From positions 62,001 through 126,000 of the forward strand of contig NW_027191499.1 of assembly GCF_011745625.1 (NCBI RefSeq): a stretch of 64,000 nucleotides of DNA. The letters are read 5' to 3'. Position 1 is the stretch's first letter; each line of letters opens with the position of its first letter. Positions 48,755 through 59,641 of this stretch are shown here, piece by piece. Made by a program: the position numbers and the translations under genes. Under the pieces are notes generated by a model that saw only the letters and a list, made by a program, of their open reading frames with translations, had not been told where the DNA came from and made no database searches. The DNA is from Cladosporium halotolerans (taxonomy: Eukaryota).

Positions 48755-49828
48755 GTTGTGATGGCAATAAGTCAAGCTTGTGTAGTCATGATCAATCAAG
48801 CTGGGTCAGGGCGTGGGGCTGAGATCTTGTACATGGGGCCCAGGCAACAACATTCATGAGCGAAAGCCGGGGATTGGTGGACTCGCTAATCTAATTTTGC
48901 TCGCTACGAAGGAGGGGCATCTAGGCGGCTTATATTTCGACAGCTTGACGGAGTCCTAAAATAGCGCATCGAGCAGGCAGTCGTGACTTCTGCTCCGTCA
49001 CTTGTGAGAATAAACGGCAGCCTGGAATGTTCACGGGAAAGATCCTGCGGTAATCCGCCAGAAGCGCGAGGGGATCGCCGCTCGCTGGCCTATGCGCACT
49101 GAATGCGCATGTCGCCTGTCCGCCTGGTATGAATCTTTACGATCAGGTGTGCGTATGCCAATAGCGTGTGAGCTGCCTGCGTGTAAGCGGGATGAGTGAG
49201 GTCGGCATAACATTGTTTAGCACCGCTCTATCCGCGATGATGACAAGCTAAGAAGCCTGTCCGCGAGAGCCAACGGTGGAATTCCGGCCGAGCAGCGAAC
49301 TTCAAGCCGAATTTACCCGGAGCCACCACGATACCGCATCTTCCCCAAACAGTAACACAACCTGACTTATGCGCGCGACAGCGAATCGCATTGGCCTTGT
49401 CGGTGTCTAATCACTGCTCGCGCCCGACTCATGCTATCTCGGTTGAAATGATGGTCAGGGCAATCGCTACCACCAACTGAGCAGCCGCTGGGGCTAGTGA
49501 TCGTGGCTTACAGGCGCAACGCAAGACTCTCAATGACCTCTGGATGCCAGAACATCAGCCGCACAGCGCAAGACATTGTGAATAACCAGTTGATATCAAC
49601 TTCCGCTGCTGCAGAAATCGTCACTAAGCGTGTTGGACGTGCATTGCGGGTGCATCAAGCCACTGACCCGATGCACGCACTCGGCCAGACGGCTGTCATG
49701 TTTGAGTGCTGCCTTTAGCTGGCCATCCACCATTGAGGTAGCGACGCGGCTAGAGCCACATGTTGTCTACGAAATCCGACTTTGATAAACCGTTGTCATC
49801 AATGAACCAGCCTCATTCAGCTTCAACA

Positions 49829-51644
49829 CTACTTAGGAGCGGACATGCCCATGTTGAAGAAAACCGCTTTCGTCTGCGTGTAGTTCTCCAATACAGCCTC
49901 GCCGCACTCCCTCCCAATCCCACTTTCCTTGTATCCGCCAAACGGTATGCTCCAGTGCACAAAATTATACATATTAACCCATGTGGTACCGGCTTTCAGC
50001 GCGCTCGTCACCCGCAATGCCCGCTCATAGTCTTTCGTGTGCACCGCCGCTGCCAGGCCGTAAGTCGTGTCGTTCGCCTGCTCGAGAACTTCAGACTCCG
50101 ACTTGAACTTGGAGATACAGACGACAGGGCCAAAGATCTCTTCGCGCATGATCTGGGACACGGTCAGCTTGTGATAGTATGCCACATGGACCGAAAGTCG
50201 ACTCGCCTTCATGTCGGGCTTGACGTCCGTGAAGATAGTCGGCTGGATGTAGTAACCGCCCTCGGTCCTTTCGATGGGCTTGCCGCCCAGGTGAACCGTG
50301 GCGCCCTCGTCAACACCGGATTTGATGTAGCCGAGGATTTTCTCGTATTGCATTTTAGAATTTTGCGGGCCTTGGTCCACGCCTTGCTGGTCGTTGGGCC
50401 CAACCTGGATAGCTTTCATCCGGGCAGTGTATTGCTCGACGAACTTGTCGTAGACATCCTCATGAACGTAGATCCTCGTTCCGGCTAGAAGAGAGTCAGT
50501 TGAAATGTCTTCGCGCAAAGCTGCTTTTTAGAAGACGTGCCATGACATGTCTGGCCAAAATTCATGTTGATGCCCCACGCTGACCAGTCCACTGCTTTCT
50601 CGATGTCGGCATCTGGAAAGATGATGTTCTGCTTCCGTCAGTTGACTGGATGCGTTGTTCAGAAATGGCCAGGGCTCACCGGCGATTTTCCACCGAGCTC
50701 CAAAGTAACCTTCTTCAAATTAGAGGCAGCAGAAGCCTTCAAAATGCCCCTCCCGGTAGCGGTCGAGCCAGTGAAGGCAACTTTGTCGACATCCATGTGG
50801 TGAGCGATGGCATTACCAACTGTTTTGCCGTACCCAGAGACCAGATTGACCGTGCCGTCAGGGAAGCCAGCTTCTTTGATGAATTGGCAGACTTTCAGCG
50901 CGGACAGCGGTGTGGCCTCAGCGGTCTTGATCACTACGGTATTGCCAGTCGCGAGTGCCGGGGCAATCTTCCACACGAACATCAGGAGAGGGAAGCTGAA
51001 TCGATACGTTAGAGCCCTCATTAGTACGCGAGGCACGGAGCGACTCACTTCCAAGGAATAATCTGTCCACATACTCCGACGGGTTCCCGTCGCGTAAAAG
51101 CAAACGTGCTCGGGATGTTGGTAGATGTCTGACCCAGGACCTTGTCTGCCCAGCCTGCGTAGTAGCGTAGGGTGCCGATGGAGCCAGGCACGTCGAGGTT
51201 GCCGGCCTGTTTTGCCGTTTTGCCGGTGTCCGCACATTCGATGGCCACCAGATCTTCAGCGTTCCTCTCGAGGATATCCGCGAGCTTGTTCAGCAGGCGA
51301 GCCCGGTAGACGGGATTGCTGTCTTTCCAAGTCTGGAAAGTCTTTCGAGCCACTCGGACAGCCTCATCCACGTCTTCTTCCCGGCCCTCGGCGACGGACA
51401 GCAAAGGCTTTCCCGTAGCAGGATTCTCAGTCTCGAACAAGTTGCCGCCTTTTGCGTTTACGAACTCGCCGCCTATGAAAAGTCCGGTAGGAACCCCGAC
51501 ACTGCGACCCCCGAAACTGATGTTCTTAGTGGCCGCTGTGGTAATAGTCCGCAGATTGGGCAGCAGGAAGCGGGAAACTGGCTGCGCTTTGGATGCGCGT
51601 GTTGGGAGAGCCCTTATTGACAGGCTTCGGACGAAGAAGGCCAT
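49829..51644 (-). CDS. Aldehyde dehydrogenase (ALDH1/2-like), probable mitochondrial presequence
   Basis: [33 protein letters not shown] and [13 protein letters not shown]. Four introns, one GC-AG. Confidence 0.94.
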
Positions 51645-51925
51645 GATGCTGGCTTGGTGCTGTAGGTGCAGGGATTCGTTGTCGAGTGCCTTCCTTGCGA
51701 GGTGCAAAACAAGGTGGAATACTGCGAGGGAGACATCTACAAGACATGGCGGAGAACATCATGACCCAATGGCCCGCCGAGGTTGGCCAGGCACAGGAGC
51801 TTTGGACAGAGAGCTTGAGTATACGGAAGATCGCTCGTTCAGACGCCATCCGGCGGGGTCTCGCTTTCCCGGGTGCCTGGACACGCTGAAGCTGGAATGC
51901 AGCTAGCCAATCAGCTGGGACCTTA

Positions 51926-52020
51926 CAACCCCTTGAAAAATCATCTATAAGAGCGGGGATTTCCGCGCTTCGCAGCGCGCGTCACTAAATTGCAGAACTC
52001 CGAGCTCTTTTCATTAATTA
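51926..52020 (+). repeat. Left terminal inverted repeat
   Basis: CAACCCCTTGAAAA...; matches the reverse complement of 55109-55203 with 5 transition mismatches. Confidence 0.93.
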
Positions 52021-52130
52021 TACCAACTTTATAGCCGGATATTCATAGTATAGCTATTCTTAAGGTATTATTACTATCGCTACTATTAGTAAGTGAGGTT
52101 ATCGCCCGTAGTATAGCTATTCTAACGCTT

Positions 52131-53102
52131 ATAGGTAGCTCCGCGATACGCGCTACGCTTATAGATACCGATATATTACTTCTAAAGTAGTTTATATTCG
52201 TTAATTATAAGCCTCTACTATAGATCGCTACGTATTTTAAGGTTAGAGTACGATCTATATATAACTAGTAGTATTACTTAGCTACGTATAGTACTCCTTA
52301 TCTACCTACGGTTATACTACGCGGCCGGCTACGTATTCTTACTACGGCGTAGGAGGAGGTATTACTACTATATCTAGAAGATCGACTAACTACGCTACTT
52401 AACGAGATCGCGCTTTTTATATAGAATCGTTACGAGCTAGTTATAACTAAGAGCGTAATCTCTAGGGTACTAAAGCGCTTATAGTAGTTATAGAAGGTCG
52501 CTAAAAAGGTCGCTATATAGCGTAATAAGCTATTACGAGTTATATAGTATATAAAGAGGCTCTAGTAGTATAATTAGTAGCTTATATTTATTAATAAGAC
52601 TACCTTATATCCTAAAATAAGCGACCGGAAGTATAGATAGAGTCTAATTAGTAGGCCTTACTACGATATAGTATTATTATATAGGGATAAGAAAGTATTA
52701 ATTTTACCTACGATAATAGTTAAAAGTTATCTATTAGATCCCTTAATTATAGAAGACGTAGTTATTATAGAGCTTTTTAAAGAATAGTTTAAGAATAAGC
52801 TCCTACTATAGCTACTATCTAATTAGGTTATAGTAATAGATAATATAGCGATCTACTACTCTAAGGTCGTAAGAGCGCTCTATATAAGGTATTATATAAA
52901 GCTATAGTATCTACCGCCTTATTCGCCGGATCTAAATCCTATTAAGTAGTCGTTTAATATACTAAAGGTATAGATAAAGAGAAACGTTAAGTAGGCTAGT
53001 ATATTTAGAGACTTCGCTATATTTATATAGTATACGTTAGCGATAGTAGGGATATAAGACGTAGAAGAATAGTTTATAAAAGTAGGTTACGAACTAAACT
53101 AA
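52131..53102 (+). pseudogene. RIP-mutated Tc1/IS630 transposase
   Basis: One frame with TAG stops reads RGRLRIL, LIFINKT (from F[IV]DET), IDN (D at 52839) and YLPPYSPDLNPIK (E at 52944 before RIP). D-to-E spacing is 34 residues. Confidence 0.9.
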
Positions 53103-53618
53103 GAAGAGTAATATTATAATTTAGTACTAATTATATACTTACTTAGTAGTTATTTTAGTTTCTTAAAGCCTTATATTAGTATTATTACTACTTAATAACT
53201 AATTAATATTTTATAGAGATTTTTTAATATATCTCTACTAATAGACCTAAAGAATTAATATTATTAATTTGGTATTAATTAGTTAACTCGTTAGTATATA
53301 ATATATATTATCCTAAGTAGTCTTAAGGTACTTTTATAGCTATAGAGCTCGCTTTAGATATATAGAACTATCCTATATCTATTATAATTAGCTACTTCGT
53401 ATAATAGAGCTACTTATTAGTAGGCTTAGTAAACGATATTTAAGTATAACTTACTCTATCCTTTTTATTATAGCTTACGTATTTTATATATAAATTAGAT
53501 AAAATTAAAACGCTAAATATATCGAAATCCTTTTATTAATTTAATATACTAAAAGTATAAATATATAGTAGTAGTATAGAATAGGAGTATTTAATCTATC
53601 TAAGTAGTTACTCCTACT

Positions 53619-55010
53619 CTAGCTTAAGCTTAATTTCTATAGCTTTATAGCTTTCCTTAGTCGCTTTCTTAAACTACCTATAATACTAATTCTCTACTAA
53701 TCGTTAACTAACGCTACTACTATAGTCTTAAGATTATTACTATTAGTCTTTAGAGCCTCTTTCGTAATATCTAGTATTCTATCTTTATTCTAGAATACTA
53801 GCTACTACTTATACTAAATAAAGAACCGATCTAACTATTCCTTTAATAATCTCTATAGTAACAACGATAGTATACGAAAAGAGCTACTAAGAGGTAGATC
53901 TATAGTAGTAGTAGCTATTATACTACCTATAGTACTAATATTAAGTATAATACTAGGCGCGATCTATTACTACTAGCTCTTTTTATAACGACGACTTCTA
54001 CTAGCTTTCTTCTTACGTTTCGCTATAAATATACTCTAGATTATCTTAGGCTATAGCTCTTTAGCTATAGTTATACTATCTCTAATCGCTTTTAACTATA
54101 CTATTAGTATAGCTTATATAATTAGAACGTAGTAGGAGGCGTTATCGTAATTACTCTACTAATAAAGGCCTTTACTATAGTTTATATATATACGCGCGTA
54201 GTATACCTATCGCTTAGTTATACTAGAGGTATAATTACTACTAGCTTTAAGCTCCTTACGCTCGCCTAGTAATATAGCGAGCGCTCTATTAGTAGCTATA
54301 TTATATAGTTATAGAGCCTATAAGGATAACTACGATTATAGTAGCGTCTATAGCGATAGTAGTAGTTCGACGATAACCTCCTTTATAGCTATAGTAATCC
54401 TTAACCTTAGATCCGACTTACTAGAGAAATACTACTACTATAGGTTACTAACTAATATAGTATAGTTAAGAAGCCTCCTATAGAGCTAATAACCTAAAGC
54501 GAGAGCTAGATAACTAGTAGTAATATCTATATCGTCTACTAATTCGATTATAGGATATTTTAGTATCTCTTCTTCGATCTATATATTAATATTAGTTATA
54601 GGATCCGAGGGCTCTACTATATTATAGCTCGCGTACCTTTACGTAATTACCTTATTCTTACTATTTCTAATAAACTACTACGTAGTATATATAAACTCTA
54701 ACGACTACTCTAACGACTACGTAGGCTTCGTAATAGGCTCTACGATAGTTATTTAACCTAACGGCGGTAGTAACGACTACGCGCGAAGTAAGTTTATTAT
54801 ACGCGTATACTAGCGAGCGCGTACGTATAGTCGTCTTTTACTATCGACGATACGACTAGTCCCTAATAGGGCTATAGTTACGCTATTAGCCCTCTTATCC
54901 TTCTTCTATACTACTCTTTTAGTAACCTTCTTAGTAGTCGGCGGAGCTATAGTAGGTAGTAACGGCAACTACGTAGATCGCGTCGGTTTTAGCGTACGCC
55001 GTAGTCGTAT
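53619..55010 (-). pseudogene. RIP-mutated second ORF of the transposon (464 codons)
   Basis: Single frame without apparent frameshifts. Internal stops are TAG/TAA, revertible to CAG/TGG/CAA. Starts ATA CGA CTA CGG CGT (from MRPRR). Confidence 0.7.
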
Positions 55011-55108
55011 AGTAGCAATAGGACTATTAGATAGCTCCGGGGTTATAGTAACAACACCTCGATCCGGCTATACTATAGGAAAAACGATAACACGATTATC
55101 AAGGTGGG

Positions 55109-55203
55109 TAATTAGTGAAAAGAGCTCGGAGTTCTGCAATTTGGTGACGCGCGCTGCGAAGCGCGGAAATCCCCGCTCTTGCAGATGACTTTTCAAGGGG
55201 TTG
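55109..55203 (-). repeat. Right terminal inverted repeat
   Basis: ...TTTTCAAGGGGTTG followed by TA. Confidence 0.93.
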
Positions 55204-55381
55204 TACCGCAGCGCTGCAGCAGCTAGATCCGCATCCGCGTTATCCCCAAGGCTGACCCCAGCGAAGGCCCGGGGATAATCTGAAGAGGCTGGCTGGTGCC
55301 GCTTAGATCCCGCTTGATCTCAAATACCTTACCTGGCGTCTGGTATGACGTGAGATTTGTATGCAGCAGTCCCCTGATCCG

Positions 55382-56843
55382 TCACCCGCGAAAGAACAGC
55401 GATGTTAAGAGACTATGTCGGTGCCAGATGGTTGCCGGTGCATTCGGTTTACATGACAAGTGGATTCTGACGCTCAAAAATGACGCTCTTGTTTCAGATC
55501 TAGTGTCTGATACGACTGCCCAGTCAAACACTTTCGAAAGTAGATTACACCAGGGATTCTTGGATCGACTCGATTTCCAGGCTGGTATGTTCGCCTTACA
55601 TGCGGTAGAAAAACGCAAAGAAGCTAGCATGGTGGGTTTATCGACAGTCTCCTCCGCCGTTTGCGTGTCTACACCTGGACCGAAGATGATCGACTTGATT
55701 CCACGTCTTTCAACCACATTCTCGAATGCTTGCTGAGCGTCTTCGAACGCGTACTGATGCGTGACCATGCCGTGTAGATTGACCCTCCCGTCTTTAAGAA
55801 GGATAACTGCAAGCTGGTAGTCGCCGGGTCCATACCGAAAGCTGCCCTTGAACGTCGCTTCTTTGTCGCAAATATCGCCAACAGGAAAGCTGACTTTACG
55901 CGCGCCCAGTCCGACTTGGACAAACGTGCCGCCGCGCTCGAGCATCTGGACTCCGCAATCGATGCAGATCTCTGATCCTGTCGCATCCATCACGATAGAG
56001 GCGCCATTCTTAAGGCCATCAAGCCTTCGTAGCTGTGCAGACGTGTCTGTGGAACTCGCGCCCATTTCTGTATGATGGACGACTGTCGCGCCTTTGGCCA
56101 GCGCGAATCTAAGCCGACTCTCCACCACGTCTGATACGACAACCTTGCTTGCGCCAAAGGCTTTGGCAACGGAACAGCAGAGCTGGCCGATGGGGCCTGC
56201 CCCAAATATCAGCACAGATCGCCCTTGCATGTCCCCAGCCTGACGACATGCGTGGACTGCGATGCTGAGAGGCTCGACCAGGGCGCCGTCTTGTAGAGAA
56301 ACCTCCGGAGGCAATTTATAGCAGCATTCTTGTGGTAGACAATAATATCTGGCCAAGGTGCCGTCATGCGGTGGAGTCGCGGCAAATCGCATCGATGAGC
56401 AGAGATTGTAGCGCCCTGAGCGGCAGCTGGAGCAATTGCCGCAGGAGATGCCGGGTTCCATCGCGACTCTGTCGCCCACTGTGAGGTCATGCGCTTCGGG
56501 TCCGCAGGACGTTACGATTCCGGAGGATTCATGGCCGAGTACTAGTGGGCTCTCGACTTTGTAAGGTCCGACTTGACCATGCTGCCAGTAGTGGATCTGC
56601 GCTCGATGTCAGGAAACTGCTATGAGACACCACATCCAAGCATTTACATCTGAGCCACACAGGCCTGTTGCAATAACGCGGACGACTACATCTCGTGGGG
56701 TTTTGATGCACGGTGCTGCCCTGCTTTCGAACTTGAAGGTTCTGTCTCTGCCGAGCACGAAAGAGATATTGTCCTGGCCACAATTAGCGAAAGTCCTTGG
56801 CGTCTGAGGAGAGCACGAACTAGTTGTGTCAAACGACTGTCAT
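55382..56843 (-). CDS. Zinc-dependent polyol (sorbitol/xylitol) dehydrogenase; both ends uncertain
   Basis: NISFVL, TGLCGSD|IHYW, LGHESSG, DRVAMEPG, CGNCSSCRSGRYNLC, FAATPPHDGTL, GAGPIG and GSFRY. Confidence 0.88.
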
Positions 56844-56940
56844 GATGAAAGAGAGAGTATCATGCCGTTCCAACCTCGTCTGAACGTGGAGATAGTGCAC
56901 CTCATTATATTGCCTTTGTCGACGTGCCTGGATCCATGAA

Positions 56941-57174
56941 CGGTTCCGTTATCCAGATAGATTCGGAAGCTTAAGCCTTTCTTACTAGTTGAATGCACAG
57001 TCGTCTACTAGTAGCGGTGACGAAGCCGGCAGCTGCTAGTTAACGTCGGACTGTTCATTTCGGTTTCTGCGACTGCGACGCTGGAGATGCGCACATCTTC
57101 TCCGTCGGAACCGAGTGGATTTCTCAAAGTCTCCAGCGGAAGCGTGGATCCTCGCTGCGGTTCCGCCGGAACCG
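56941..57174. promoter_or_regulatory. Four copies of CGGAACCG/CGGTTCCG, candidate Zn2Cys6 sites
   Basis: Copies at 56941, 57106, 57158 and 57167 in the dehydrogenase/transporter divergent promoter. Confidence 0.55.
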
Positions 57175-57502
57175 GTCGCGTCACCACCGGCAAAAAGTCG
57201 TGGAGGCTCCGCGAGGCTTGGCACACGAAAGCTTGGCTCGCTTGACCCTCTGCAGGTTCACTCCTCACCCCCCCACAATACGGTAACCCGCGCGACAGAT
57301 GCGGTGGGTCAGCAACATGATTCACCCGCTTAGCCCATGGTTTGCCCCATGGAGAATGGGTCCCCGGGGTGGAGAGAGCTGGATAATCGGGGCCTCACGG
57401 CGTAGCTATAATAGCCGCGACTCCCCTCATGGGATTGTGCAGCGTCTGATCAACACGTTCATATCTTAATGGTCAAGAGCCGGAAAGGCATTTCAGCTCG
57501 AC

Positions 57503-59331
57503 ATGGCAGGGACAAAAAAGCCATACTTTGGTCTGAGAGGGACTGCTCTCACGGCCTGGCTGACGGTGGCATGCGCAACAGACATGACATTGTTCGGATA
57601 TGATCAAGGCGTCTTCAGTGAGTTGATGGCGTGCCTGAGCTTGATCGAGAGCAGAAAGCTGATGTGAAATTCTCTCAGGCGGCGTCATCGTCTCGGACGA
57701 CTTTCTCCGGCTACATAGCATCGCTGGCCAATCTGAACTCATCAGCATCACCACCGCAATCTACAACATTGGCTGCTTTCTGGGCGCCATCGCCGCCGCC
57801 ATTTATGGAGATCACCTCGGACGCAAGCGTACAATCATCATCGGTACCACGATCATGGCCATCGGAGCAGCCCTGCAGACAACGTCGTACTCTCTGGCGC
57901 AGATGATTGTTGGCAGGATCGTCGCTGGCATCGGCAACGGCTTGAACACTTCCACTGCTCCGGTGTGGCAGGCAGACTCTGCAAAATCTAGCTGGCGCGG
58001 CTTCCTGGTCGTTGTAGAGTGCGTGATGAACATTGTAGGGTTTTGCGCGGTCAACTGGATAAGTATGCGCACCTTTCCTTCCTGTGACCCAATACAATGA
58101 GTACTGACAGCATGAAGATTACGGCATGTCGTTCGCTGGAGGCAGTGCGGCGTGGAGAGTACCCCTAGCGATCCAATTCGTCTTCATCGTCATACTATTT
58201 GCGACGGTACCCTGGTTGCCCGAATCACCGAGGTATTATCATGCCAATTTCGCTTCCATGCCCACTCCGGTGATTGAGACTGACTAACGACCATAGATGG
58301 CTCATGGGCCGCGACCGAGAGATAGAAGCCACCGAAATCGTCGCACTCATCGAAGATCGGGAGATCGATGACCCGGTAGTCGTTCTTCTGGTTGCAGACA
58401 TGAGATGGGCCGTAGAGTACGAACGAGAGAACGCACCCACATGGCGAGAGCTATTCAGTGGCAAAACGTCATCAAAAGGTGGCACTGGCACTTTGCAGCG
58501 CGCGTTCCTCGGCATTGCCTGCTTTGCAATGCAGCAAGGGACTGGCATCAACGTCACCAGCTACTACTTGCCGACTTTGCTGATCGAATCAGTCAACCTT
58601 GGCAACGAGACGTCAAGGCTCTTGACAGCCTGCAATTCGGTGCAGTATCTCTTTTTCACTGCGCTCGCGCTAGTGTTTGTCGAGAGACTCGGAAGGCGGA
58701 GAATGCTGATCACCGGCGCCGCCGGGCAGGCGATCTCTTTCGTTCTGATTGCCGCACTCCTCTCCCAGAGCGAAATGGCCACCACCGATGCTGAACGAGA
58801 AGTGTGGGCATCGGCATCCATCGCATTCTTCTTCTCGTTCTTTTCGTTCTTCGGATTCGGCTGGATGGGCTGCTCTTGGCTATATCCCACCGAAATTGTG
58901 TCACTGGCCATGCGCGCCAAAGCCACGGGAATAGGTGTTGCGACGAATTGGATAATCAACTTCATGGGTGCGTATAGCCAATGCTGTACAGCTTTTCGAG
59001 GAGAAAACAATACTAACACTTCATAGTCGTGCTCGTCACCCCGATTGGTATCGACAATATCGGCTGGAAATTCTACATCATCTGGGCCATCTTGAACGCC
59101 TGCTTCGTCCCAATCATCTATCTCTTCTATCCTGAAACGGCGAACCGACGCCTCGAGGACATTGACCGGTATTTTGCCGAAGGTCAGCATGTGATCGTCT
59201 GTTTCGACAAGGAGGCCACGTCCAGCAAGCGTCCAGAAAGATTCGCAATTCAGGAGGCAAACGACATGCAAAAGCACCAGTCGGACGACTTTTTGGAGAA
59301 GCCCCGCCAGGAGTCTATACATGTGGAATAA
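57503..59331 (+). CDS. Sugar porter, STL1-like polyol/sugar:H+ symporter, multi-exon
   Basis: PYFGLRG, LFGYDQGVFS, LGRKR, PESPR, QQGTGIN, WLYPTEI and YPETANRRLEDID. Confidence 0.92.
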
Positions 59332-59641
59332 TGAGGCTCTTTGGGTGAAAAGTGCATTCCACAGCACATCTGCTGTCGACCTCCCCCCGGACGCCTACTC
59401 AAGCTGCGCGATTCTCAACTGTGGATGCGCCGACGTCAAGACCCATGATTCTTGAGAGCGCGCAACTCGGCCATTACTGCAGGGCCGGTGTGTATAACGT
59501 ATGAATAGGAAGGCATAGAATACCGTTGAATGTGAATGAATCGTCTCGCGGACGCGAGGTCGGTCAGGCTTGCTAGCTTGCCACTTCAATTTGTTGAGCC
59601 TCGAAAGAGACAACGTCAGCTATCGATTCGCCCCGCTGATC

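Larger units (their letters stand above)
51926..55203 (+). mobile_element. Tc1/IS630 (DD34E) DNA transposon, 3278 bp, RIP-inactivated
   Basis: About 95-bp terminal inverted repeats, TA duplication at 51924-25 and 55204-05, and a TpA-rich, CpA/TpG-poor interior. Confidence 0.95.

Noticed and set aside
58564..59367. 267-aa minus-strand ORF
   Set aside because: Antisense to the sugar porter.
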